This document shows, in pieces, positions 39,816 through 48,787 of a stretch of 64,000 nucleotides of DNA. Every line of letters starts with the position of its first letter. Position 1 is the stretch's first letter. The DNA lies in assembly GCA_049523135.1 (NCBI GenBank), contig JBEKNE010000001.1, positions 210,095 through 274,094 of the forward strand, in the 5' to 3' direction. The notes under the pieces were generated by a model. It worked only from the letters and a program-made list of their open reading frames with translations, was not told the DNA's origin and searched no databases. The translations under genes were made by a program, and so were the position numbers. Source of the stretch: Candidatus Microgenomates bacterium. GTDB taxonomy: Bacteria > Patescibacteriota > Microgenomatia > UBA8517.

Positions 39816-41426
39816 ATGAAGTGGGAAGTATTAGACAAATCATCGATATCGGATACAGAGTCAGTCGTAAATGTACTTCTTAAAAATAGGGGAATAAAGG
39901 GTGAAAAACAAAAGGAAGAATTTTTTTCACCAACTCTTCCCTCCAAAATTTTACTGAAATTTCTGGGTGTAAAAGAATCTGAGGTTAAAAAAGCAATTGC
40001 CAGAATTAAAAAAGCAAAGAAAAACAAGGAATTTGTAATTGTTTATGGAGATTATGATGCAGACGGAATTACGGCAACGGCAATTATGTGGGAAGCGCTC
40101 CATTCCTTTGGACTTGATGTTTTACCCCATATTCCGGATAGATTTGAGGAAGGATATGGAATTAATGCGGAAAGTATTCAGAGTCTTAAAACCAAAATTC
40201 CAAATTTAAAACTTATTGTGACAGTTGATAACGGGATTGTCGGTTATGAAGGAATTGAATCTGCTAAAAAATTGGGAATTGATGTTATCGTAGTTGATCA
40301 CCATACAAAGGGAACAAAAAACCTCAGTGCCCAAAGTGTAATTCACACGACAATGACTTCAGGTTCCGGTTTAGCATGGTTTTTTGCCCGTGAGTTGATA
40401 ATCATCCCAAATACTTTAGAATTGGCTGCAATCGGAGTAATCGCAGATCAGATTCCCCTGATTGGAGTGAATAGGTCAATTGTAAAATACGGGCTTCAGG
40501 AATTAAATAACACTAAAAGACCGGGTCTCTTAGCTCTTTTTAAAGAAGCAAGAATAGAAAAGGTTGGTGTGTATGAAGTGGGTTACATGATTGCTCCAAG
40601 GATAAACGCGATGGGCCGATTAAAAAACGGGATTGAATCGCTTCGTCTGCTTTGTACTAAAAATAAACTTAAGGCTTTTGAAATTGCCAAAAATATAGGA
40701 GGTATAAATTCTGAACGGCAAAAGATTGTTGAAGAGGTTCTTCTTCTTGCACGGAAGAAAGTGACCAATGAAAAAATTATAGTAATATCAGGTGAGAATT
40801 ATCACGAGGGAGTAATAGGACTTGCGGCGGGACGTCTGGTTGAGGAGTTTTATCGTCCGGCAATAGTATTTTCGGTAAAAGGAGATATTTCAAAGGCATC
40901 TGCCCGTTCCGTAGTAGGATTTAACATAATTGAAGCAATTAGGGGGGTAAATCTTCATCTCGAAGGTGGAGGGCATCCTATGGCGGCCGGATTTTCTATT
41001 GAAACAGAAAAAATTGACAAATTTACCAAGGAGATAAATAGATATGCCAGTAAATTGTTAACCAATGAGCTGTTATCAAAAAAACTAAGAATTGATTGTA
41101 AAATTGGTTTTGATCAATTGAATTATGATCTGATAAAGAAACTTGATGAGTTTGAACCGACGGGGTTAGGCAATCCTGGGGCTACGTTTATGTCAAAGCG
41201 CGTAGAAATAATAAGTGTAAAACCTGTCGGGCGTGAGGCAAGACATCTGAAGATGAAACTAAAACAAGATGAATATATTTTTGACTCAATATTTTTCGGT
41301 GGAGGAGAAATGTACTCAAAGTTAATTCCAAATTCAAAAATTGATATAGTTTATCAAATTGAGGAGAATATTTGGAATGGATATAAATCAATTCAGCTAA
41401 AAATAAAGGATATAAACAAAAATTAG
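39816..41426 (+). CDS. recJ: ssDNA exonuclease RecJ
   Basis: GDYDADG, TVDNG, DHH, PRINAMGR and GGGHPMAAG motifs. Confidence 0.95.
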   Translation: MKWEVLDKSSISDTESVVNVLLKNRGIKGEKQKEEFFSPTLPSKILLKFLGVKESEVKKAIARIKKAKKNKEFVIVYGDYDADGITATAIMWEALHSFGLDVLPHIPDRFEEGYGINAESIQSLKTKIPNLKLIVTVDNGIVGYEGIESAKKLGIDVIVVDHHTKGTKNLSAQSVIHTTMTSGSGLAWFFARELIIIPNTLELAAIGVIADQIPLIGVNRSIVKYGLQELNNTKRPGLLALFKEARIEKVGVYEVGYMIAPRINAMGRLKNGIESLRLLCTKNKLKAFEIAKNIGGINSERQKIVEEVLLLARKKVTNEKIIVISGENYHEGVIGLAAGRLVEEFYRPAIVFSVKGDISKASARSVVGFNIIEAIRGVNLHLEGGGHPMAAGFSIETEKIDKFTKEINRYASKLLTNELLSKKLRIDCKIGFDQLNYDLIKKLDEFEPTGLGNPGATFMSKRVEIISVKPVGREARHLKMKLKQDEYIFDSIFFGGGEMYSKLIPNSKIDIVYQIEENIWNGYKSIQLKIKDINKN

Positions 41427-41749
41427 TTATGGTTTTCGGCAACAATTAGTGACCTTACACTTCCATCACTTTGAACAAAAGGAGGAAGCACAATCTGTAT
41501 TTCGTCGTTGTTAATTAACGATTGATCGGTATATGCATTTGTAACTCCGTGTCCAAGTATTCCATTAATCTCTTTGTGGATTTCCTTATCGTTGGTAGAG
41601 GCGTATATATATCTTGGACATTCCTTAATATCAAGTTTTCCACAATGTCCATCATGAGGAAGTGATATCATTTTTGAGTCAGGCGGATTTTCTCTAAATT
41701 TAACAAAACCGCAATGTTTACGAAACCGGCATTCACCTTCTGTTGTCAT
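41423..41749 (-). CDS. Hypothetical Cys-containing protein (108 aa)
   Basis: ORF with TAAAAT 8 nt upstream; four Cys in the N-terminal half. Confidence 0.6.
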   Translation of the reverse strand: MTTEGECRFRKHCGFVKFRENPPDSKMISLPHDGHCGKLDIKECPRYIYASTNDKEIHKEINGILGHGVTNAYTDQSLINNDEIQIVLPPFVQSDGSVRSLIVAENHN

Positions 41750-41801
41750 AGGAGTCTATTTTACAAAAACTGTGCTTATTATCAAGGACGTAAAAACTGC
41801 T

Positions 41802-41865
41802 TGCACTCATCCAACTTTTATTTATAGTAATTTATTACCATATTTTATTTTGTTGAATGAGTGCA
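41802..41865 (-). other. Inverted repeat / 3' stem-loop of the zinc-knuckle unit
   Basis: TGCACTCATTCAAC / GTTGGATGAGTGCA on the minus strand, one G-U pair. Confidence 0.6.
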
Positions 41866-41893
41866 TTTGGAAAGAAACGAAAAAGGAAAAAGA

Positions 41894-42046
41894 TTAACCG
41901 CTTCCAGACTTTTGGTGACATTTATATACTTCCGCAATTTCTGGAATTTTTTCATCATCATCTGGTTCAGGTTCTTGCTCTTTCTCCTTTTTTTTCGGAC
42001 AGTTATCCTCGTCGTGTAGAAAAGAACCACAAAATGAGCAATACAT
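41894..42046 (-). CDS. 50-aa CCHC zinc-knuckle microprotein (below the ORF-track cutoff)
   Basis: MYCSFCGSFLHDEDNCPKKKEKEQEPEPDDDEKIPEIAEVYKCHQKSGSG*; C-x2-C-x4-H-x4-C; SD GAGAGGAG. Confidence 0.7.
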   Translation of the reverse strand: MYCSFCGSFLHDEDNCPKKKEKEQEPEPDDDEKIPEIAEVYKCHQKSGSG

Positions 42047-42137
42047 AATATTCTCCTCTCCGTTCCGAATAGTAGTAACACACTACTTGCATGGGTAATG
42101 TGTTCCTTTCTATTCGGATGTGTGTCAAAGTGCCGAT

Positions 42138-42291
42138 AAAAACAAAAAACCTCTTTTTAAAAAGAGGTTGAACGGTAACCAAATAGGTTCAACCCCCTTA
42201 GGTTAAGAGGTTAATTTGAACAAATTTAGTTCCGTAAGAAAATTCCATAATTAGATATTTGTATTACATAGAATTTATGCCTACTTGTCAA
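42138..42291 (-). promoter_or_regulatory. Promoter, leader peptide MEFSYGTKFVQINLLT* (42248-42198) and four-segment attenuator
   Basis: TTGACA-17-TGTAAT; hairpins 1:2, 2:3 (GGGGGTTGAAC/GTTCAACCTCT) and 3:4 terminator AACCTCTTTT/AAAAGAGGTT plus T-run. Confidence 0.65.
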
Positions 42292-42324
42292 GCACGGAAA
42301 TTAAAATTACAATTGGGAAGAGTT

Positions 42325-43638
42325 ATGGAAAGAACACTTGTAGCGGAAGCCGTAAAAAAGATTGGAGAAAAAGTCCGCCTGGAAGGTTGGGTAAATACTG
42401 TCCGTGATCATGGAAAAATTACTTTTATAGATTTAAGAGACAGGAGTGGGATTGTTCAGTGTGTCGGGAGCGATTTGGAAAAAGTATCTCCGGAATCCGT
42501 GGTTGAAATAACAGGAATCGTTGCCAAACGTCCGGAAAAATTAATTAATCCAAAAATAAAAACCGGGAGCGTTGAAATTCAAATTGAAACATTGAAAGTA
42601 ATCAGTGCAGCTGCCGAGTTACCGTTTGACATGGGTGCGGAGGACCTGAATTTGGATTTACCGACTCTTTTAAATTATCGCGCGCTAACTCTGCGTCACA
42701 AAAAACAGCAGGCAATTTTTAAGGTTCAGGCAGTTATCATAGATGCTTTCAGGCAGTCTCTTCTTAAAAAAGATTTCATTGAGTTTCAGGCCCCTTCAAT
42801 AATATCGGCAGTGCCGGAAGGAGGGGCGGAAGTATTCAAAATAAAATATTTCGATCATGAAGTTTATCTTTCCCAAAGTCCCCAACTTTATAAATCACTT
42901 CTTGTTGGAGCGTTTGAACGTGTGTTTTCCGTAAATCATATATTTAGGGCCGAACCATCCGTGACGACACGCCACCTGACGGAGGTTACCAGTTTGGATG
43001 CGGAATTCGGTTTTATAGATTCATGGAAAGATGTTATTGATATGGAAGAATATGTAGTGAGATTTATCTTTTCCGAAGTTGAGAAAAAATGTGGAGATGA
43101 ATTGAGCCTGCTTGGTGCGACTTTACCAAAACTTTCGGATAAAATATCAGTTCTTAAACTACGTGAAGCTCAGGAAATTATTTATAAAAGGACGGGAAGA
43201 GATGTCCGAGCCGAAAAGGATTTAGCTCCGGAGGATGAAAGGGAAATTTGTAAGTGGTCATTAGAGGAGAAAGGTAGTGACCTTGTATTTATTTCTCATT
43301 TTCCGACCAAGAAAAAACCTTTTTATGTTTATCCTGATCCTTCCGACCCGACTTATGGATTTTCAGTTGACCTATTGGGTAGGGGTGTTGAGTGGTCAAG
43401 CGGTGGTCAAAGACTTAATGATTACAAGGAAATATTAGAACATGTGAAGGAGTGGGGTTTAAAGGAAGAAGACATAGAGCTTTTCCTGCAGTCTTTCCGT
43501 TACGGGGTTCCTCCGCTCGGCGGATTTGCACTAGGGGCCGAACGGATGACGATGCATATCCTGGAACTTAAAAATATACGTGAAGCTTCGCTCTTTCCGA
43601 GAGATATGGAAAGAGTTGATCTTAGACTTTCCAAATGA
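42325..43638 (+). CDS. aspS: Aspartyl-tRNA synthetase, short archaeal-like (AspRS2, probably non-discriminating) type
   Basis: OB-fold FIDLRDRSG, QSPQLYK, FRAE..TTRHL, SGGQR and GAER motifs; 437 aa without GAD insert. Confidence 0.9.
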   Translation: MERTLVAEAVKKIGEKVRLEGWVNTVRDHGKITFIDLRDRSGIVQCVGSDLEKVSPESVVEITGIVAKRPEKLINPKIKTGSVEIQIETLKVISAAAELPFDMGAEDLNLDLPTLLNYRALTLRHKKQQAIFKVQAVIIDAFRQSLLKKDFIEFQAPSIISAVPEGGAEVFKIKYFDHEVYLSQSPQLYKSLLVGAFERVFSVNHIFRAEPSVTTRHLTEVTSLDAEFGFIDSWKDVIDMEEYVVRFIFSEVEKKCGDELSLLGATLPKLSDKISVLKLREAQEIIYKRTGRDVRAEKDLAPEDEREICKWSLEEKGSDLVFISHFPTKKKPFYVYPDPSDPTYGFSVDLLGRGVEWSSGGQRLNDYKEILEHVKEWGLKEEDIELFLQSFRYGVPPLGGFALGAERMTMHILELKNIREASLFPRDMERVDLRLSK

Positions 43639-44564
43639 ATCTTCGCAAAAACAAAAATTGGTTTTTGTACTTGTCCATGCTGGCCTTTGTTTTCATTTCT
43701 ACAAGCGCCCTATCTATTTCAAAAAACCTCCCTACGGCGGTAAAAAATATTTCGGAAAACTTATTCCTTCAGAAGAAGTTTCCACCTAATCCGGTTTTGG
43801 GAGCCGATACTTCTTTTCCTGTTCTTTCGGCTCAGGGAGCTCTTGCTGTTGATTTGGATTCGGGTGTAAGTCTTTATGAAAAAAATCCCGATGCAACCCT
43901 TCTTCCCGCCTCTACTACAAAAATAGTAACAGCACTTGTTTCTCTTGATACCTACCCGCTTGATCAGGTTTTAACTGTACCCAAGGGAGTTAATGTAGAT
44001 GGGCAAAAAATGGGTCTTTATGCGGGGGAGCAGATGAAATTTGAGAATATACTTTACGGTTTACTGGTTTATTCGGCAAACGATGCAGCGGAAACATTGG
44101 CAATCGATTATCCCGGCGGATATGATGCTTTTATTTCCGCGATGAACGCCAAAGCAAAAGATCTTTCCATGGTTAATTCCCATTTTGATAATCCTGTTGG
44201 GCTTGATACCGATGATCAACATTCAACCGCAAGAGATTTAGTCAGAGCTGCTGAAGTGGCAATGAGAAATCCTGAATTTGCAAAAGTTGTTGACACAGAA
44301 CAAATTACAGTAACCGACGTCACAAACAAAAATGTTTACAATCTCAAGAATATTAATGAGCTTTTGGGAAGTGTACCCGGGGTTATGGGAGTTAAAACCG
44401 GTTGGACAGAAAATGCGCGTGAGAATTTAGTTACTTACATAGAACGCGACGGACATAAAGTTATGATTGCGGTTTTGGGGAGTGAAGACAGGTTTGGAGA
44501 AACTAAACAGCTTATTGATTGGATTTTCTCAAATTATAAATGGGAAGACGTAACGTTTCCTTAA
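43635..44564 (+). CDS. D-Ala-D-Ala carboxypeptidase (peptidase S11)
   Basis: PASTTK (SxxK), SAND (SxN) and KTG motifs. Confidence 0.93.
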   Translation: MNLRKNKNWFLYLSMLAFVFISTSALSISKNLPTAVKNISENLFLQKKFPPNPVLGADTSFPVLSAQGALAVDLDSGVSLYEKNPDATLLPASTTKIVTALVSLDTYPLDQVLTVPKGVNVDGQKMGLYAGEQMKFENILYGLLVYSANDAAETLAIDYPGGYDAFISAMNAKAKDLSMVNSHFDNPVGLDTDDQHSTARDLVRAAEVAMRNPEFAKVVDTEQITVTDVTNKNVYNLKNINELLGSVPGVMGVKTGWTENARENLVTYIERDGHKVMIAVLGSEDRFGETKQLIDWIFSNYKWEDVTFP

Positions 44565-44579
44565 TTTAATTTCCGTGGT

Positions 44580-44615
44580 GGGATTACTCAGCGTAATGGG
44601 ATTACTGTGCGTAAT
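44580..44615. repeat. Tandem 18-bp imperfect repeat of the gene 3' end
   Basis: GGGATTACTCAGCGTAAT / GGGATTACTGTGCGTAAT. Confidence 0.75.
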
Positions 44616-45654
44616 AAGCAGAAGTTACTGCAGGTAAGTAGGCTTCAAATCCGTTATCTCCTTCAAATACATAGATCGGTTGGTAAAATTCAGTTATAGA
44701 ATCGGGATCAAAATAAGCAAGATAAATTTTCCTGATTTTTAGAGAGTCGCCGTCTTTATTTACACCAAGTGACGCAATAAATGCCTGATTATTTTGCAGT
44801 TCACTAAATGCTTCTGCAGGAGTTTTAATAGGATAAGTTGAATATTGGGTTTCATCGACGGCGTAATAATGATATTCCGCCGCAATTATTTCCTGTCCCT
44901 GATTATTTGCTCCGCTTATTATTGCCCAAACGTTGGCCTGATCAGGATTGCCGGTTACGCTTGGAAGATTATCATAATCTTGTCTAAATAAATTGATTTT
45001 AATTAAGTTTGATTCCGAAAGTGAAAGGGCATTTACAAGTTGTCCATTTGAAAGTTTTAGAAACTCATTTGTCATAGGTCCGGTGAGGTCTGTAGGAAGA
45101 ATATTTGCGCCGGAAAGAATTGATCTGAAGTCTGAAGCTGCAACTTCCGCAACAGGGGGTTTAAAGTCCAGCGGGCTTTTATCAGCGGCTAAGTTGTAAC
45201 TGATCGAAAATGTGCCCGTAATTATATTCATTTGCAGCGTTGAGGGGTAATTGGCGTTTGTAAATTTGTAGATAGTATCTGAGACTTGTTGGGCGTCGGA
45301 GCCGTATCCCAAGCTCGAGCTTATTGTTTTTGCGGAGTCCAGAGAAAGAAGGTTTGCATTTGTTTTAGGCATAAAATAAACCTTGGCCTGAGTTGGAATG
45401 TCTGTAGGAAGTCCTCCTTCTGCCGTTTCAAGAGTATAGGTGAGTTTAGCGGTGATTCCATTACTTGGAAAAGGAATTACGGTAAGTTTGCCGTATTTTA
45501 CGGTTGGTGTCGGAGGGGGCGCCGGAAACAGTTTTTTATAAATTGCAATTCCCGAGTCAAGAATAATTCTTCCGACAATTAGGAAAATAAGCAGGTAAAT
45601 AATGTATCTAATAACTTTTCTGGCTGTAATTGCAATTCGGGTCAGTGAGGTCAT
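44602..45654 (-). CDS. Membrane-anchored hypothetical protein
   Basis: 350-aa ORF, N-terminal TM, LAYF...QPIYVFEG end; TATACT 5 nt upstream. Confidence 0.8.
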   Translation of the reverse strand: MTSLTRIAITARKVIRYIIYLLIFLIVGRIILDSGIAIYKKLFPAPPPTPTVKYGKLTVIPFPSNGITAKLTYTLETAEGGLPTDIPTQAKVYFMPKTNANLLSLDSAKTISSSLGYGSDAQQVSDTIYKFTNANYPSTLQMNIITGTFSISYNLAADKSPLDFKPPVAEVAASDFRSILSGANILPTDLTGPMTNEFLKLSNGQLVNALSLSESNLIKINLFRQDYDNLPSVTGNPDQANVWAIISGANNQGQEIIAAEYHYYAVDETQYSTYPIKTPAEAFSELQNNQAFIASLGVNKDGDSLKIRKIYLAYFDPDSITEFYQPIYVFEGDNGFEAYLPAVTSAYYAQ

Positions 45655-45663
45655 ACCTTAGTA

Positions 45664-45705
45664 TAAATGCTAAATACTAAATTATAAATGCTAAATGATA
45701 AATAA
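45664..45705 (+). repeat. Heptamer tandem repeat TAAATnn x6
   Basis: taaatgc taaatac taaatta taaatgc taaatga taaataa. Confidence 0.85.
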
Positions 45706-45730
45706 ATAATTAGATGTTAGAATTGAAGCT

Positions 45731-47080
45731 ATGGATAAAGTCAGAACGCGGTTTGCTCCATCTCCGACAGGATTCCTACACATAGGTGGCTTAAGAACCG
45801 CACTCTATGCGTATGCGCTGTCAAAACATAGTGGTGGAGATTTTATCTTAAGGATTGAGGATACCGATCAAAAACGTCAAGTAGCCGGTGCAACCGAAGC
45901 TTTACAAAAAACACTGAAGGAATTTGATTTAAATTGGGACGAATTTTATGTTCAATCGGAACGGCAGAAAACCGGAATATACGAAAAAGCCGCGAAAAAA
46001 ATGGTTTCCGAAGGCCACGCTTTTTATTGCCAATGTAAACCCAAGAATGCAAAAGAAGAAGGTTTTTCAACCGATTTGAGAGATCAATGTCGCGACAAAA
46101 GTTATACTTCCGGTGCAATCAAACTTAAAGTTCCGGACGGGGAAACCATTACCTATTATGATTTTGTTCACAGGAAAGAAATTTCGTGGAATAGTGATAC
46201 CGTCTATGACGCGACTCTTCTAAAATCCGACGGGTTTCCAACTTATCATCTTGCGGCGATGGTTGACGATTTGGATATGGGTGTGACCCACATTCTGCGG
46301 GGTCACGACTGGCTTCCTTCAACTCCGATTCATCTTTTGGTTTTTAAGTATCTTGGAGGAACTAGGCCTGAAATAGGACATTTAACCGATATTCTTTCGG
46401 CGGAAACCGGTAAGAAATTAAGTAAAAGAAGAGATTCTGTTTTTGTGGAAAAATTTTTGGAAGAGGGGTATCTGCCCGAAGCTCTTCTAAATTTTGTAAT
46501 GCTACTCGGCTGGGCGCCGAAAGATAACCGTGAACTTTATACTCTGCCGGAATTTGTTAAAAATTTTGATATAAACGGTTTTCAGGAAGCGAACCCAAGA
46601 TTTTTGGAAGATAAATTAAATTGGTTTAATGGAGAATATATCAGAAAACTTTCTGATGAAAGTTTAAATTCCAAATTCCAAACTATAAATTCCGAATTTG
46701 CAAAACTCTCAAAAGAAAAACAATTTGCAATAACAAAATTAGTAAAGGATAGAATAAAGAAAATATCGGACATTGATGAACTTGCAAAGTTTTTTTGGGA
46801 TGTGCCCAGTGTTGATGTAAAAATTCTTGGAAATGATTACAAAAATCATATTTCCGATGCAATTGGAATAATTGAAAATTTTGATAAATGGGAATTGGAG
46901 GAATTGAATGAAAAATTAATGCAAAATATTAAAAATAAAGGATATAAAGTCGGAAACTTTTTCATGGATTTAAGAATTGCAATTACCGGTTCTAAATTTA
47001 CGCCCCCGATAAACGACTCGATTATTATTTTAGGGAAAGAAGAAAGCATTAAGAGATTGAAAACTACTCTTAAATTGTAA
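45731..47080 (+). CDS. gltX: Glutamyl-tRNA synthetase
   Basis: RFAPSPTGFLHIGG, LRIEDTD and KLSKR motifs. Confidence 0.97.
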   Translation: MDKVRTRFAPSPTGFLHIGGLRTALYAYALSKHSGGDFILRIEDTDQKRQVAGATEALQKTLKEFDLNWDEFYVQSERQKTGIYEKAAKKMVSEGHAFYCQCKPKNAKEEGFSTDLRDQCRDKSYTSGAIKLKVPDGETITYYDFVHRKEISWNSDTVYDATLLKSDGFPTYHLAAMVDDLDMGVTHILRGHDWLPSTPIHLLVFKYLGGTRPEIGHLTDILSAETGKKLSKRRDSVFVEKFLEEGYLPEALLNFVMLLGWAPKDNRELYTLPEFVKNFDINGFQEANPRFLEDKLNWFNGEYIRKLSDESLNSKFQTINSEFAKLSKEKQFAITKLVKDRIKKISDIDELAKFFWDVPSVDVKILGNDYKNHISDAIGIIENFDKWELEELNEKLMQNIKNKGYKVGNFFMDLRIAITGSKFTPPINDSIIILGKEESIKRLKTTLKL

Positions 47081-47095
47081 ATTGAAAATAGAATT

Positions 47096-48073
47096 ATGAC
47101 TCTTCCTGCCAAAAAAACTTATAAAAAGTTTGAACAAGAGAAAATTAACTCGGAATTTCTTCGGAATAAGCTGAAAATAAAGAGTTTGGAAGCCAGGCGC
47201 TCCCTATTTGAAAAATATCCCCATGTTGAAAAATTTCTTTCGGAAAAAGGTTTGGATCTGGGTAAAATCCGTGAGCACTCCGCAAAAATTATTACCACGG
47301 GAGCCCTAACCGGAACACTTCTTTTTGCTACCCCCGGGCTGGCCGTTAATATTCCTCCAGTAACCAATATTATTAAAAAACTGTCGGATATTGAAGGTAC
47401 GGGTTCAAATATTTCCAATCAGCAAACACTGCTTTCTTCATTGCAACAAATTTTGCCTCAAAAAGTAGGGCCGCTTGATAGAACCCAGGAAAAAACCTTG
47501 GAGCAGGTTTTTCAGGGAAATATTGGTGTTAATGCGAAAGCAACATTGGAAGGGGAGCATCTTAATACTACATACGGCTATATTGGAGCCGAACAACATC
47601 TGGCCCGTTACCCCGGAGATAGCATGGCTGTTCATCCCAAAATACCAGAACTTGATGAGGGAATGGCACCGGGACTCGGTGCCTGGGGTTATTTTGCCGA
47701 TTCGAAGAAAGATCTTACACCAAGTTTAGATAACGATGAAAAGTGGTATGTTGCGGTGCAAACTTTATATTTGCCGGATTGGGAAAAACGTTTACCCTAT
47801 TTAATTAATTGGTACAAATATAGAAAAGTTTTGGTTGTGAATACGGTTAATGGAAATGCAGTTGTTGCTGATATTGCCGATTCCGGACCTGCTGCGTGGA
47901 CAGGAAAACAATTTGGCGGAAGCCCTGAGGTTATGAATTACCTCGGCGGTGCCAAATATAAGAAGGGATCTGTTATAGTATTTTTTGTAGACGATCCGAA
48001 TAATCAGGTTCCCTTAGGACCGGTGGAATATAATGATGTAAATAACCTGGGAGTTACGATGGTACAAACATAA
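47096..48073 (+). CDS. Hypothetical protein with a C-terminal RlpA/DPBB-like pattern
   Basis: KVLVVNTVNG.AVV..IADSGP...SPEVM..LG resembles a double-psi barrel. Confidence 0.55.
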   Translation: MTLPAKKTYKKFEQEKINSEFLRNKLKIKSLEARRSLFEKYPHVEKFLSEKGLDLGKIREHSAKIITTGALTGTLLFATPGLAVNIPPVTNIIKKLSDIEGTGSNISNQQTLLSSLQQILPQKVGPLDRTQEKTLEQVFQGNIGVNAKATLEGEHLNTTYGYIGAEQHLARYPGDSMAVHPKIPELDEGMAPGLGAWGYFADSKKDLTPSLDNDEKWYVAVQTLYLPDWEKRLPYLINWYKYRKVLVVNTVNGNAVVADIADSGPAAWTGKQFGGSPEVMNYLGGAKYKKGSVIVFFVDDPNNQVPLGPVEYNDVNNLGVTMVQT

Positions 48074-48077
48074 AAAT

Positions 48078-48440
48078 ATGAGCAAACTTTTTTTTGATCA
48101 TTTAATAGTTTTTGACGAGATAGAAGTTGTTATCAAAAAAACGGCTACCTCCAAGGAAGAAAAAGAAGAACTTTGGGGTTTGGTTGACGAGATAGTTAAT
48201 CATAAAGTTGTTGAGAAAGTACTTGACAGATTACCCCGGGAAAATCATGAAGAATTTTTGGAATTATTTCATAAAAGCCCACATGATGAGGAAATCATTT
48301 TCGGGTATCTAAAAAGTAAAATCGGCGAGAATGTAGAAAAAGAATTACAAAAAGAATTGGAAAATGTCTCTTCAGAAATTTTAAAAGAGTTGGAACCGCA
48401 AGATGAGGTTTCTGCGGAAATGCAGGTATCAAAAAAGTAA
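48078..48440 (+). CDS. Acidic helical hypothetical protein
   Basis: 120-aa ORF, tightly coupled to neighbours. Confidence 0.75.
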   Translation: MSKLFFDHLIVFDEIEVVIKKTATSKEEKEELWGLVDEIVNHKVVEKVLDRLPRENHEEFLELFHKSPHDEEIIFGYLKSKIGENVEKELQKELENVSSEILKELEPQDEVSAEMQVSKK

Positions 48441-48743
48441 ATGGACAATCATTTTGGCGGAGTTATTTGGACAAATCATTCACTTGATAGACTAAGGGAA
48501 CGTGGAATAAAACAAGGTGATGCTTGGGCTGCATGGAGAAACCCCGAAAGCTCAAAGAAAGGATCTGCCCCCGGATCTTGGGTTTATTACCGTAATTACA
48601 ATGGAACCCAGATTGAAGTTGTAGCTAAACAAAATGAAAAACACGAGTGGCTAATTCTTTCCGTTTGGTCAAGGCCCATTTTCAGCAATGGCAAAAAACC
48701 GGAGTCCTTCTGGAAATTCATTTTCAAGAAGCTATTCCATTAA
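48441..48743 (+). CDS. DUF4258-like (RelE/BrnT-fold) protein
   Basis: WTNHSLDRLRERGI...ILSVW pattern. Confidence 0.65.
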   Translation: MDNHFGGVIWTNHSLDRLRERGIKQGDAWAAWRNPESSKKGSAPGSWVYYRNYNGTQIEVVAKQNEKHEWLILSVWSRPIFSNGKKPESFWKFIFKKLFH

Positions 48744-48787
48744 GCCTTGCTCCAGATTATACTTAAAAGTAGAATTTGATTTTGGCA

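Noticed and set aside
41845-42081. ORF-track calls 41845..42081(-) and 41857..42048(+)
   Set aside because: A different minus frame (41894-42046) has an SD and an exact CCHC motif and is the better call.
42138-42324. T-box riboswitch for aspS
   Set aside because: The terminator U-tract and promoter point away from aspS, and there is no T-box consensus on the plus strand.
45664-45705. CRISPR array
   Set aside because: Units are 7 bp with no spacers; no repeat-spacer arrays or cas genes were seen in the window.
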